DNA from: an uncultured delta proteobacterium
Lineage (GTDB): Bacteria; Desulfobacterota; Binatia; UBA9968
NCBI GenBank assembly: GCA_963847445.1
Contig: CAWJZV010000016.1
Span: 1 to 64,000 of the forward strand
Direction: 5' to 3'
DNA length: 64,000 nucleotides
Part shown: one piece after another, positions 51,823-62,175 of the stretch
Position numbering within the stretch: the stretch's first letter is position 1
Layout: every line of letters begins with the position of its first letter
Program-made: the position numbers and the translations under genes
The notes under the pieces: generated by a model
Told to the model about the DNA's origin: nothing
What the model saw: only the letters and a program-made list of their open reading frames with translations
Database searches by the model: none

Positions 51823-53535
51823 ATGTTTACCACCCGGTGGGCCACTTCGGAACGAAAGTACGATGTCATCGTCGAACGCGACGTTAAAGTCCCCATGCCC
51901 GACGGCACATTGCTCGACGGCGATATTTACCGCCCGGCGTCGGATGAGAAATTTCCTGTGCTTCTCGGCGCGCACGGCTACAACAAGGATCTTCAGTCGC
52001 CGCCAATGCGTCCGGTGGGTTTCACGCCGATGCGCGGTTACATGGAAAGCGGCGATTCGACTTTTTTCGCCCGCCGCGGTTACGTTCACGCGGTTTTCAA
52101 CTCCCGCGGCACGGGCAAGTCCACGGGTTTCTACCAGCTCATGGGGCCATTGGAAGTCGAGGATGGCGGCCATCTCATCGACTGGTTGTCGGCGCAACCG
52201 TGGAGCAACGGCGCGGTTGGCATGTTCGGCGTGTCCTACTATGCGCGTCTGGCCAAAGCGGTGGCCGCCACGGGACCGAAATCGCTAAAGGCGATTTTCT
52301 CGCCATTCGCCGGCACCGACGACTATCGCCATCGCTGTTACCACGGCGGGATTCTCGCCCATGGCTTCATAACGCATTGGCGCAACAGCTTGCACAAGCC
52401 CAACTATCGGAGCCTCTATAAAGAGCGGCATGGCGAAACTGCGTACCAAGAAGCCATCGCTCAGGCGCTGCGCGACGATGAAATTGTCGCGGTGCCGGCA
52501 CTGCGCGAGGCGCTGCAAAATCCCGGCGCTGGCACCAATGCGCTGATCGTCGACATGCTGCTGCATCCCTTCGACGGCCCGTTCTGGCGCGAGCGCAGCG
52601 CTAAAGATTCCAATGGAAAAATTCCCGCGTACCTGGGCGCTTGCTGGGGCAACTACGGACTGCATTTGCCGGGCGCTTTCACGGCGTGGCGGGAGTGGCA
52701 AGGTCCGAAGAAGATGGTCATCGGTCCGCCGGTCTATCTCGACCGTCCGGTGTATCAGTATCAAGATGAGGCGCTGCGCTGGTTCGATCACTGGCTCAAG
52801 GGCATCGACAACGGCATCATGAATGAGCCGCCGATCCGCTGCTTCATTCCGCCCACCGGCGAGTGGAAAAATCTAAGTGATTGGCCGCCTGCCGAAGCGC
52901 GCTGGACGACCTTCTATCTGCATAAAGACGGCATCTTGAGCGAGCACGAGCTCTGGCCCGCTGAGGGATCAGATTCTTTCGACGAATCGAACTTCGAGCA
53001 TGGCGCTGTCACCTACACAACGCCGCCGCTGGTGGAAAATACCGAAGTGCTCGGTCCGAGCGTGGTGACGCTGTACGTCTCCGCAACCGATAGCGATGCG
53101 CTGTTGTTCGCGACGCTGCTCTTGATCGACAAGGAAGGCAAGGAGCATGAGCTCACGCGCGGTTGGCTGCGCGCGTCGCAACGGCGATTGCGCGCGGACA
53201 GTCAACCGTGGGAGCCGATGCAGGCGCATGAATCGAGGGAGGCCCTGGAGCCGGGGAAAATCTACCAGTTGCAATTCACTATCGTCGCCACGGCGCGTTT
53301 GTTCCAGGCCGGCGAGCGCATCGCGCTGCGCATCAAGGGGTCGGATGACGAGCCGGCGGTAAACTCGTTGCAAGCGCTGGCGCGCAATCATTTACGCCGG
53401 CCGCGGCCGCTGCGCATCACGGTGCACCACGACGAGTCGCACCCGTCGCATCTCGATCTGCCGATCACACGCGGCAATATCATTGGAACGTTTTTCTCGG
53501 GCGGAGACATCAGCTCCTTTGGGCTGTCGCACTGA
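51823..53535 (+). CDS. CocE/NonD-family serine hydrolase
   Basis: VPMPDGTLLDGDIYRP, FARRGY, QPWSNGAVGMFGVSY, RWFDHWLKG, LTRGWLRAS. Confidence 0.92.
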   Translation: MFTTRWATSERKYDVIVERDVKVPMPDGTLLDGDIYRPASDEKFPVLLGAHGYNKDLQSPPMRPVGFTPMRGYMESGDSTFFARRGYVHAVFNSRGTGKSTGFYQLMGPLEVEDGGHLIDWLSAQPWSNGAVGMFGVSYYARLAKAVAATGPKSLKAIFSPFAGTDDYRHRCYHGGILAHGFITHWRNSLHKPNYRSLYKERHGETAYQEAIAQALRDDEIVAVPALREALQNPGAGTNALIVDMLLHPFDGPFWRERSAKDSNGKIPAYLGACWGNYGLHLPGAFTAWREWQGPKKMVIGPPVYLDRPVYQYQDEALRWFDHWLKGIDNGIMNEPPIRCFIPPTGEWKNLSDWPPAEARWTTFYLHKDGILSEHELWPAEGSDSFDESNFEHGAVTYTTPPLVENTEVLGPSVVTLYVSATDSDALLFATLLLIDKEGKEHELTRGWLRASQRRLRADSQPWEPMQAHESREALEPGKIYQLQFTIVATARLFQAGERIALRIKGSDDEPAVNSLQALARNHLRRPRPLRITVHHDESHPSHLDLPITRGNIIGTFFSGGDISSFGLSH

Positions 53536-53802
53536 CTTCCTCGCGCTCCACGGCGAGCGATGGAAATTCATTGACTCGAAGGTTATTTCATGCCTGTTTC
53601 GGCGAAGCCGGAAACCAAGCTGCATCGTTGGGTGAGTAACTCACGTGAAAAGACGTTTGGCTGCCGGCGGGTTGGCATGACGAATCCTGAGTTTCGACAG
53701 CGCGAGGGATTTCAACCAACCCGGAGGCGGGACGCTAAGCCTTCAAAACCGTTCATCCGAGCTTGGCGTGCAGCGCTTGCAATCGTTGATTGAGCAACCC
53801 GC

Positions 53803-54822
53803 TCAGAGCTTGAGCAGCTTCCTGGCATTGCCCTCGAGAATCAATTGCTTGTCTGTTTCGCTGCAAGGCAATCCCTCGACCTTGTCGACGCACTGCCAAT
53901 CGCCGAGCTCGTAAGGAAAGTCGGTGCCGAGCAGCAAACGTTCCGCGCCGACTTTGTTTCTGAGAAAATCGAGGGTTTCCACGTCATAAACTAATGTGTC
54001 GAAGTAGAGATTTTTGAAATACCCGCTCGGCTTCGCCAAACAAGTTGGCGCAGCAGGCCGGCCGGTGCGCCGAGTTGCCCGTTGACCCGTGGTGAACTCC
54101 TGGTCGAAACGGCTCGCATGATACGGAAAAAATCCGCCACCGTGGCAGGTGCAAAGCTTTAGATTGGGAAATCGATCGAACACTCCGCTGTAAATGAGCA
54201 GACCGAGGGAAAGCGTCGTATCGGCCGGATTGCCGCAAACCAGACGCAGACCGAAAGAGCTCATCAGCTCCGTGCCAGCCGGATTGTCCGGATGCATGAA
54301 GACCAGCACATCTAGCTCCTGCGCTTTTGCCCAAAACGGATCGAATTCATCGCTGTCGTAGTAGCGATGGTTAACATTGGTCGCGATGTAGGCGCCGCGA
54401 AAGTCGAGTTCGGCAACCGCGTGCTCCAACACTCGCGCCGCGCGCGCCGGTTCTTGAATCGGCACCGCGGCCATTGCGGTAAAGCGCTCGGGATATTTCC
54501 TGAGAAACTCTTTGACGCATTCATTGTAGACGCGGCACCAGCTCTCCGCCTGTTCGCCTTTGAGGTCGTAGCCAAGAAACTGCGTGCTCGGATCGAGGGC
54601 CGCGATCGCGATCTTGCCGTCCGTCATCATCTGCAAACGCCGATCAACATCCGTCAAGCCATCGAGCAGCGGAAAGCTTGGCCCGCCGGCGAAGGAAACT
54701 CGGATGGTGCCATCCTTTGCTTCGGCCACTTCGACGCCAAGCGCTTGACTATGCCGCTTCGCCTCGCCGATCACTTCGCCGGGAACGTAGTGATGATGAA
54801 TATCGACAGCGCCTGCTTGCAT
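53803..54822 (-). CDS. Amidohydrolase family 2 (ACMSD-like decarboxylase)
   Basis: VDIHHH, VFMHP, GVFDRFPNLKLCTCHGGG, LYFDT, LLGTDFP. Confidence 0.9.
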   Translation of the reverse strand: MQAGAVDIHHHYVPGEVIGEAKRHSQALGVEVAEAKDGTIRVSFAGGPSFPLLDGLTDVDRRLQMMTDGKIAIAALDPSTQFLGYDLKGEQAESWCRVYNECVKEFLRKYPERFTAMAAVPIQEPARAARVLEHAVAELDFRGAYIATNVNHRYYDSDEFDPFWAKAQELDVLVFMHPDNPAGTELMSSFGLRLVCGNPADTTLSLGLLIYSGVFDRFPNLKLCTCHGGGFFPYHASRFDQEFTTGQRATRRTGRPAAPTCLAKPSGYFKNLYFDTLVYDVETLDFLRNKVGAERLLLGTDFPYELGDWQCVDKVEGLPCSETDKQLILEGNARKLLKL

Positions 54823-54939
54823 GTGTCTCCTCCTTCAGTTCGCGTAAAATTGACTCGTTCGCTAGATGCTGACCGTAAACATTAAGCCAATGACCACGAA
54901 ACCAAGATTCCTCGCAGACATGCCAAACTCCCGCACCGA

Positions 54940-56145
54940 TCATTTGTATAATTCGCTCGATCGCCGCTCATCGATCCACGACTTCTCGTCGACGATCGCG
55001 AGTGCATCCAAATCCGCCGCCACCGCACCGGGGTCGTCCACCCACTGCCGCAGCAACTCACCGCCATTGATCAGATCGATGGCCAGCCGGTTCTTTTCAT
55101 ATTCATACTCAAAGTCACGCCAAAGATCATATTCCGGCTGCAACAAGCGCAGCGCTTTGAACGCCAGCGCCATCAAACGCCACGGCTTGAAAGCATTATG
55201 GTCGTAGCTCGGATCGTCGACGTGGATCTGAATGCCGGCGCAGAGTCGTCCTGCGTGTTTGTGGAAGGTCGGCTCGAACCGGCACTCGCGCAGGCGGCAA
55301 CCGCGCAGCCAGTCGGGCGCGAGGGCTGCCATTTTCTTTAATAGCGCACGCGGGTCGATATCCGGAGCACCGAATAATTCGAGCGGCCGGGTCGTGCCGC
55401 GCCCTTCCGAGAGTGTCGTGCCTTCGAGCATGACCGTGCCGGCGTAGCAGCGCGCCATCGATAAATTAGGCGCGTTGGGACTGGGATTGATCCAACTTCG
55501 TTCGCCCAGCGGCCAGCCGTAGCCTGGAGGCACTGTCGGACTCCAGCCCTCCATCTTTACCACTTGGCAATCGACATCGAGCTTCAAAGTTTGAACGAAC
55601 CAGCGCGCCAATTCGCCGAGCGTCAGCCCATGGCGCATGGGCAATGGACCCGCGCCGACAAAACTCTCCCAGTCGGGGCGGAGCCGCAATCCTTCCACCG
55701 GCCGTCCCACCGGATTGGGCCGGTCGAGAACCCAGACCGATTTCTTGTGCTGCGCAGCAGCTTCGAGAACATAGCGCAGCGTGGTGATGAAAGTATAAAT
55801 GCGGCAACCTACATCCTGGAGATCCACCAGCAGCACATCGAAGCTAGCCATCATCGCCGCCGTCGGCCGGCGCACTGCGCCGTACAAACTGAAGACCGGA
55901 ATGCCATGTACCGGATCGAGAAAATCCGCCGACTCGACCATGTTGTCCTGCTTGTCGCCGCGCAGACCATGCTGAGGGCCGAACGCAGCGCTAAGCTTGA
56001 TGTCCGGCAGCGCCGCCAATGCGTCAAGCGAGTGAACCAACTCGCGCGTCACCGACGCCGGATGCGCCAGCAATGCCACGCGCTTACCGGCAAGCGGTTT
56101 GCGCAGCGCTGGTTCCTCCAGCAGTCGGTCAATGCCAAATTTCAT
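54940..56145 (-). CDS. DUF1343 / NamZ-like exo-beta-N-acetylmuramidase
   Basis: FGPQHGLRG, DLQDVGCRIYTF, VLDRPNP, PMRHGLTLGELA, PSPN, SEGRGTTRP. Confidence 0.9.
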   Translation of the reverse strand: MKFGIDRLLEEPALRKPLAGKRVALLAHPASVTRELVHSLDALAALPDIKLSAAFGPQHGLRGDKQDNMVESADFLDPVHGIPVFSLYGAVRRPTAAMMASFDVLLVDLQDVGCRIYTFITTLRYVLEAAAQHKKSVWVLDRPNPVGRPVEGLRLRPDWESFVGAGPLPMRHGLTLGELARWFVQTLKLDVDCQVVKMEGWSPTVPPGYGWPLGERSWINPSPNAPNLSMARCYAGTVMLEGTTLSEGRGTTRPLELFGAPDIDPRALLKKMAALAPDWLRGCRLRECRFEPTFHKHAGRLCAGIQIHVDDPSYDHNAFKPWRLMALAFKALRLLQPEYDLWRDFEYEYEKNRLAIDLINGGELLRQWVDDPGAVAADLDALAIVDEKSWIDERRSSELYK

Positions 56146-56152
56146 TGTAAGT

Positions 56153-56740
56153 CTATTTTAAGCGCTCTGAATAGGAAGTGCGAGTTCGAGGGCGAAAGAA
56201 TCGGCATGATGAAAGTCGGGTTCGCCCGCCGGATGCCGCAACGCCCAATACGATAGCGTGCCCTCGTTGCCTTCGATCACCGCGGTCAATCCGATCCGAA
56301 GCGTCGTGCCGGGGTGAATCAGGGACAAGCGATCTAATCGAATCGTTGTCGCAAGCGTCGAGCCGATCGGCTACCTGCTCAACAGAAATTTTGGGAGCGA
56401 ACGCATCATCGTCGAGCGGCCAGCCGTCACGATACGCTCGAAATTGATAAGCCGCCCATTCGCTCGACGGCGAGAAATTAAATTCGTAGTAGGCGGGACC
56501 GTCTTTCATACCGATAAACGCCTCAAAACAGGTGTGCTGCCACAGACCATCGATACGCCGTGATGTTGCGACGGGCGGGATGATGAACTGATTAATGTCC
56601 GCTATCAAGGTGTACGACAAGGCCAGTGCATGGGATTCACTATTATTAACTTTCGCTTCAATCCCATGGATTGGCTGGCGGTGCGATGCCGGGCCCAAGA
56701 TAAGGGCCGCGGCCGCTGAACTAGAGCGCGTCACAGGCAT
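56153..56740 (-). CDS. DOMON-like domain protein (frameshifted near the 3' end)
   Basis: DGLWQHTCFEAF..YYEFNFSPSSEWAAYQFRAYR; alternative frame SYWALRHPAGEPDFHH. Confidence 0.8.
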   Translation of the reverse strand: MPVTRSSSAAAALILGPASHRQPIHGIEAKVNNSESHALALSYTLIADINQFIIPPVATSRRIDGLWQHTCFEAFIGMKDGPAYYEFNFSPSSEWAAYQFRAYRDGWPLDDDAFAPKISVEQVADRLDACDNDSIRSLVPDSPRHDASDRIDRGDRRQRGHAIVLGVAASGGRTRLSSCRFFRPRTRTSYSERLK

Positions 56741-56826
56741 AAAAGACAGGCTGTAAATTCAGCCGCGCGTATAAATGATTGCGATGGCCGCATCAGAACA
56801 ACGAGACAGCGCCGTCAATCCAGGAC

Positions 56827-57142
56827 TTAAATCGTCCGAATGTCCTGAGCGATGATCAGGACATCGATCTGTTTGAGCAGACGCTTGAGCCGTTCTTTGA
56901 ACAGCCTGAAGAATTTTTGCGTCTTGCGGTCCGCGCGCGCGATAATTTCAATCTTGATAATATCTTCGATAAAATCGATGCCGCTGATAGTTCCAAGCTC
57001 CTTGATACGGCGCGGCTTGAGAGCTAATCGTTCGCGCGCCGAACACGTCGACCAATTCTTGGCGAATTCGCGTGATTTTTTGCGCTTCGATCTTGGAGCC
57101 GTCGTTATACTTCAGTGGCAGATATATCTCGTACTTTTTCAT
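56827..57142 (-). CDS. Conserved-looking small hypothetical protein (frameshifted)
   Basis: MKKYEIYLPLKYNDG..ELVDVFGA; C-terminus ..RLKRLLKQIDVLIIAQDIRTI*. Confidence 0.6.
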
Positions 57143-57304
57143 AGGGCGAGTGACGCTATCGCACAAGCGTATGAGAAAACGATAAAGGCTCGCTATTTTG
57201 ATGTCAAGAAAATGTTTTCGTTGGTTTTTCGTGCAGCACCTTGACAGTTTCCTTGTCGGCCACTAGAACCGACTCATGGATTTTTCAATTTATGAGGAGC
57301 GCTC

Positions 57305-58027
57305 ATGGCTGTCACGGACTACAAAGGACCAGCAATCGATTCCAGCGAGCTGAAAGAACTCAAAGAGAAAGTCGTCAATGGGTGTCTGATTCTTGACCGC
57401 GAAGGTATTACCGACGGCTTCGGCCATGTCAGCTTGCGGATTCCGGAACAGGCGGCATTTCTCACCATCGCCCAGGTCAGCCCCGGCTGCGCGGCTTTCG
57501 ACAAACTGGTTCTGCTTGACCTCGACGGCAACTATCTCGGCGGCGCTAAACCGGCGCCCTACGAGTGGCCGATTCATGCGTGCATCATGCGCGCGCGCCC
57601 GGATGTCATGAGCGTGTGCCACACTCACTCCAAATGGAGCGCGCTGTTCAGCGTGCTAAAAATAGGTCTCCGTCCGGCGCATATGTACGGCCGATTTCTT
57701 CCTGTTGGCGGCGCGCCCATCTATCCCAAAGCCGGCCTGATCACTTCCGTTGAGCGAGGCCAGGCGCTGGCTGACACATTGAAAGACGGCGCAGCCACTT
57801 TGTTGCGCGCTCACGGCGACGCCGTCGTCGGCGCCAGCGTCGAGCAAGCGATCCTGCGCACGGTGCAGCTCGCGTTTCTCGGCGAGCTGTCGCACTTGGC
57901 GGCGGTTCACGGCGGGCCGGACTACTTGACCGAAGAGGAATTGGCCACTTTCGCCGGTGACCGGTCCTTTCCAGCGCGCCCATGGGAATATTTCTTGAGC
58001 CGCTTGGGTGAACGACGCGTTGCTTGA
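57305..58027 (+). CDS. Class II aldolase/adducin family protein
   Basis: DGFGHVSLR, EWPIHACI..RPDV.SVCHTHS, LLRAHG. Confidence 0.9.
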   Translation: MAVTDYKGPAIDSSELKELKEKVVNGCLILDREGITDGFGHVSLRIPEQAAFLTIAQVSPGCAAFDKLVLLDLDGNYLGGAKPAPYEWPIHACIMRARPDVMSVCHTHSKWSALFSVLKIGLRPAHMYGRFLPVGGAPIYPKAGLITSVERGQALADTLKDGAATLLRAHGDAVVGASVEQAILRTVQLAFLGELSHLAAVHGGPDYLTEEELATFAGDRSFPARPWEYFLSRLGERRVA

Positions 58028-58099
58028 CAGACAGATGACTGGAAACTATTGTCGCGACAACACATCGATTCAACGCGCAATCAGTCTGAAGGAGCATGC

Positions 58100-58828
58100 A
58101 TGGCTGCCAGTCTCAGGGACATTCCCACCATCGATTCCGCCGAGCTTAAGGAGCTCACCGACAAGCTGATTACCGCCTGTCATATTCTCGACCATGAAGG
58201 GGTTACTGACGGTTACGGCCACGTCGGCGCGCGCGTGCCCGGCGCCGACGCGTTTATCACCATCGCCAATATCAGTCCGGGCGCGGTGACGCGCGAGCGC
58301 TTGATCATGCAGGATTTTGCCGGCAACCATCTCGACGGCGCCGCGACTCCGCCCAACGAATGGCCGATCCACGCCTGCATTTTCAAAGCCCGGCCGGAAA
58401 TTGTCAGCGTGGCGCATACCCATTCCAAATGGAGCACGATCTTCAGCGTGCTGCCGATCAAGCTCAAGCCGCTGCATCATTATGGCAAGTTTCTCTCCGC
58501 CGACGGCCCGCCAGTCTATCAAGGAGTCGGCTTGGTGCGCACGCTCGAACGGGGCGACGACTTGGCAGCCGCGTTGGGCAACGGACCGGCGGTGTTGATG
58601 CGCGCCCACGGCGACGCCGTAGTCGGCGAAAGCATCGAGCAGATGATCGAGCGCACCACCCGGCTGGCGATGTTGGGCGAGTGGAATCACTTGGCCCTGC
58701 TGCACGGCCAACCGAAATATCTCAGCGCTGAAGAGTTGGAAGTGTACAACGCCGATCAACGTTTTCCCTTGCGCGGCTGGGAATATTTCGTCGGGCGGCT
58801 GAGCCGAACCAGAAATCAATTGGAGTGA
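58100..58828 (+). CDS. Class II aldolase/adducin family protein (paralog)
   Basis: DGYGHVGAR, EWPIHACI..RPEI.SVAHTHS, LMRAHG. Confidence 0.9.
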   Translation: MAASLRDIPTIDSAELKELTDKLITACHILDHEGVTDGYGHVGARVPGADAFITIANISPGAVTRERLIMQDFAGNHLDGAATPPNEWPIHACIFKARPEIVSVAHTHSKWSTIFSVLPIKLKPLHHYGKFLSADGPPVYQGVGLVRTLERGDDLAAALGNGPAVLMRAHGDAVVGESIEQMIERTTRLAMLGEWNHLALLHGQPKYLSAEELEVYNADQRFPLRGWEYFVGRLSRTRNQLE

Positions 58829-58893
58829 TGGAGTATTGGAGGAATGGAATACTGGGCATCTCCCCCCATCACTCCATTACTCCATCACTCCAA
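58820..58893. repeat. Inverted array of 8-mer repeats (TGGAGTRA) forming a long hairpin
   Basis: TTGGAGTGATGGAGTATTGGAG ... CCATCACTCCATTACTCCATCACTCCAA. Confidence 0.7.
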
Positions 58894-58923
58894 TGACCAT
58901 AAATCGTTGAGGAGGATAGCATC

Positions 58924-59610
58924 ATGGCCACATCCGCAGAATTTGTCGCAAAATTAAAAAAGGATATCCAGACGTTTCCCAAGATTCGCATCAAGCATCC
59001 GTTCTTGAAAGCGGTCTGCGACGGCAGCGCCACTATGGAGCAAATTCGCGCCTGGGCGATTCAGGACTATCAATTTCGCGCCGCCGTGCCGCGCATCTGT
59101 ATGCTGCGCTACCTCGCCTGCACCGATCCGGAGATCGCGCAAAAGCTCTGGGGCGTGGTCGAGGAAGAGATCCACGGCATGGACACCGGCACCGCAGGCC
59201 ATAACGAGCTGGCGATTCGGTTTGCCAACGCGATCGGCCTAAGCCAAGAACAATTGGAGAACGCCGTATTGCGCCCGTCGACCGCGGCGCATCTTTATTA
59301 CGTCGAGCTGATCATTCACACATTGCCATGGTTCGTCGTCATGTCGATCCAGATTGGCGCGGAAGGGACCTTCGGACCGGCGGCTGCGGCGATCGGCAAC
59401 GGCCTGCTGAAAAACTACAAGATGAATCCCGATGACGTTCGTTTCTTTACCGTCCATTCGGAAGCCGACGAAGATCACAGCAGCCTGGCCGAAGAGATCG
59501 CCGTGCGTTATCTCCACTCGCCCGCGCTCCAGGAGCAAACCTACAAAGCGACGTTTCGCCGCATGGAACTGCTCTACGACATCTGGTCCATCGACGGCTA
59601 CGATAAATAA
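58924..59610 (+). CDS. TenA/PqqC/CADD-like heme-oxygenase-fold protein
   Basis: KHPFL..G, WAIQDY, EEE..GH, E, FFTVHSEADEDH metal ligand pattern. Confidence 0.85.
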   Translation: MATSAEFVAKLKKDIQTFPKIRIKHPFLKAVCDGSATMEQIRAWAIQDYQFRAAVPRICMLRYLACTDPEIAQKLWGVVEEEIHGMDTGTAGHNELAIRFANAIGLSQEQLENAVLRPSTAAHLYYVELIIHTLPWFVVMSIQIGAEGTFGPAAAAIGNGLLKNYKMNPDDVRFFTVHSEADEDHSSLAEEIAVRYLHSPALQEQTYKATFRRMELLYDIWSIDGYDK

Positions 59611-59664
59611 GCAAAAACCGGCAGCGCTATACCGAAACGGAGAAGAATATTCACCACAAAGGGA

Positions 59665-59945
59665 CTAGCGCAGCGAAGCCGCAACCGAAAAGAAGAATGG
59701 CCGCAAAGAACGCAAAAAGCGCAAAAAGAATCGGGAGTCGTAGGGGCGGGTTTGAAACCCGCCCTCTTGGCTTTGGCGCATCGAGAGATTTGCGCAAGCC
59801 GCGCAAAGTATCACGGATAGTAGTACAAGGGTCACAAAGCAGGGGCCGGTCGTGACCGGCCCTACTCGGAAACGGATCATTAAACGCAGAGAACGCAAAG
59901 GGCGCAAAGTTCGGACATCTTTGTAGGGGCGTATGGCATACGCCC
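59665..59945. repeat. Cluster of composite repeat and REPs
   Basis: Copy of the 14740 element, GGGCCGGTC-GT-GACCGGCCCTAC, and REP family 2. Confidence 0.75.
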
Positions 59946-60016
59946 TGGGGTGGCGGCACGGCGCTGGTCCGGCGACACAGCTGACACAACCAACGTAGAT
60001 TTAAACAGTATTGAAA

Positions 60017-61027
60017 ATGGAACAACTCACCTTAGGATTCATTTCCGCCTTTAACGAACGGGTCGAGCCGCTGATGAACGGCACCATCGAGGTTGAGGGA
60101 GTCGAATTGATTCCCACTTACTCTCATCCGGCCGAGACCTTTTGGCGCCAGTTGAAGTTCGGCGAGTTCGAAGTGGCGGAGATGTCGATGTCGTCGTTTC
60201 TGATCGCCCGCTCCCAGGGCGCCGACATGATCGCGCTGCCGGCGTTTCCGAGCCGCCGCTTGTTTCAAACCGAGCTGTCCTACCATGTCGATGCGGGCAT
60301 CACGAAACCGCAAGACCTCGTGGGCAAACGTTTGGGCGTGGCCGAATATCAGCAAACCGCGGCGTTGTGGCTGCGCGGCATTCTCGAACATGACTTCGGC
60401 GTGTCGCAGTACCAGATTCACTGGTACATGGAGCGGAGCGAGGAGATGAGCCACGGTGGCGCCACCGGTTTCAAGCCGCCGCCGGGAATATCGTTTCAGC
60501 GCATCGCCGGCAACAAGAGCCTGGCGTCGACAATTCTCGCAAACGAATTAGACGTCGCCCATGTCTCAAGCCCGTGGGTGCTGCAAGCCAACACGCTGGA
60601 CCGCTCGAGCCGCATCGCCGGCAAAGGCGATTGGAGCCAAATCAAACCGCTCTTTCCCGACCGCATGGCGGAAGGCGCGCGCTTTTACCGGCAGCACGGT
60701 TTTCTCCCGGTCAATCACGCCTATATCATCCGCGGCGACATTCACCGCAAACATCCCTGGCTCGCCGGCAAATTATATGACGGCTTTGTCCGCGCCAAGG
60801 CCTGCGCCCAAGATAAACTAGCGGCACAGATTCCGACGGCGCTGATCTTCGGCCAGGAGTATCTCGCCACGACCCGCGAGCTGATCGGCGACGATCCGTT
60901 CCCCTTCGGTATCGAAGCCAATCGCGCCATGCTCGACACCATCACCCGCTATTCCCATGAGCAGGGCTTGACGCCGCGCCAGATGAAGGTCGAAGAACTC
61001 TTCGCCGAGAGCACGCTCGACACGTAA
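60017..61027 (+). CDS. 4,5-dihydroxyphthalate decarboxylase-like protein (PBP2 fold)
   Basis: ETFWRQLKFGEFEVAEMSMSS, ALPAFPSR, GVAEYQQTAALWLRGIL, GFLPVNH, DPFPFG..NR. Confidence 0.85.
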   Translation: MEQLTLGFISAFNERVEPLMNGTIEVEGVELIPTYSHPAETFWRQLKFGEFEVAEMSMSSFLIARSQGADMIALPAFPSRRLFQTELSYHVDAGITKPQDLVGKRLGVAEYQQTAALWLRGILEHDFGVSQYQIHWYMERSEEMSHGGATGFKPPPGISFQRIAGNKSLASTILANELDVAHVSSPWVLQANTLDRSSRIAGKGDWSQIKPLFPDRMAEGARFYRQHGFLPVNHAYIIRGDIHRKHPWLAGKLYDGFVRAKACAQDKLAAQIPTALIFGQEYLATTRELIGDDPFPFGIEANRAMLDTITRYSHEQGLTPRQMKVEELFAESTLDT

Positions 61028-61161
61028 TTAAGCACGAACGTTGTTTCAGCCGGGAGGGAAATCATGAAACTGATGAGCCGCGTCGCCGTCATCGCTGATC
61101 TACAACGACATTTTCAAGCTGCGTTGACTAAGGCCCGGCGAAGTAACCCGGAGGAGATGTA

Positions 61162-62175
61162 ATGGCGAAGTTGCGTCTAAACTTTATTTCCGCCTTCAAC
61201 GAGCGCGTCGAGCCGCTAATGCAAGGCATAGTTCAAGCGGAAGCGATCGAGATCGTGCCGACCTATTCGCACCCATCGGAGACCTTCTTGCGCCAACTGC
61301 GAGACATGGAATTCCCGGTCGGCGAAATGTCGATGTCGTCTTATCTGATCGCCCGCGAGCGCGGTCTCGACATGATCGCGTTGCCGGTGTTTCCCAGCCG
61401 CCGGCTGTTTCACACCGAGCTTTCCTACCACATCGACTCTGGAATCAAAAAGCCCAAAGATATCATCGGCAAACGCATCGGCGTCAGCGAGTATCAGCAA
61501 ACCGCCGCCCTCTGGCAGCGCGGCATCCTCGACCACGACTTCGGCGTGTCGCAGTACAAAGTCCACTGGTACATGGAGCGCACCGAGGACATGAGCCATG
61601 GCGGCGTCACCGGCTTTACTCCGCCCGAAGGGATCTCGTTCCAGCGCGTGCCGCCGGACAAGAGCTTGGCATCCATGCTGGTCAATCATGAATTGGACGT
61701 GGCGGCGATCAACAGTCCCTGGAAAAACGCGCCGAGCCAGCTCGGCCGCTCGCACCAGATCACCGGGGCGGGTGGCGACTGGAGCAAAGTGAAGCTGCTC
61801 TTTCCCGACCGCATCGCCGAAGGCAAACGGTTTTTCGACAAGTGGGGATTTCTCCCGGTGAACCATGCCTACACGATTCGCGGCGATATCTATCGAAAAC
61901 ACCCATGGGTCGCTTTCAACTTGTACAGCGGCTTTGTCAAAGCCAAGGAACACTTCAACGCCAAGTTGGTCGATAGCATTCCGTCCGGGCTCTTCTTCGG
62001 CAAAGAATATTTGACCAAGACTCAAGAAATATTCGGCAGCGATCCGTTCCCCTACGGCGTCAAAGCCAATCGAAAGTTGCTGGAAACGCTCGTCGACTTT
62101 TCGCACGAACAAGGACTGATAACGAAAAAACCCAGGATCGAAGAACTATTTGCCGCGAGCACGCTAGATTTGTGA
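61162..62175 (+). CDS. 4,5-dihydroxyphthalate decarboxylase-like protein (paralog)
   Basis: Same motifs: GEMSMSS, LPVFPSR, EYQQTAALWQRGIL, DPFPYGVKANR. Confidence 0.85.
   Translation: MAKLRLNFISAFNERVEPLMQGIVQAEAIEIVPTYSHPSETFLRQLRDMEFPVGEMSMSSYLIARERGLDMIALPVFPSRRLFHTELSYHIDSGIKKPKDIIGKRIGVSEYQQTAALWQRGILDHDFGVSQYKVHWYMERTEDMSHGGVTGFTPPEGISFQRVPPDKSLASMLVNHELDVAAINSPWKNAPSQLGRSHQITGAGGDWSKVKLLFPDRIAEGKRFFDKWGFLPVNHAYTIRGDIYRKHPWVAFNLYSGFVKAKEHFNAKLVDSIPSGLFFGKEYLTKTQEIFGSDPFPYGVKANRKLLETLVDFSHEQGLITKKPRIEELFAASTLDL

Noticed and set aside
58820-58893. CRISPR array (also considered for 11325-11355 and 33290-33530)
   Set aside because: These are short 7-9-mer tandem or inverted repeats without unique spacers, and no cas genes are present.
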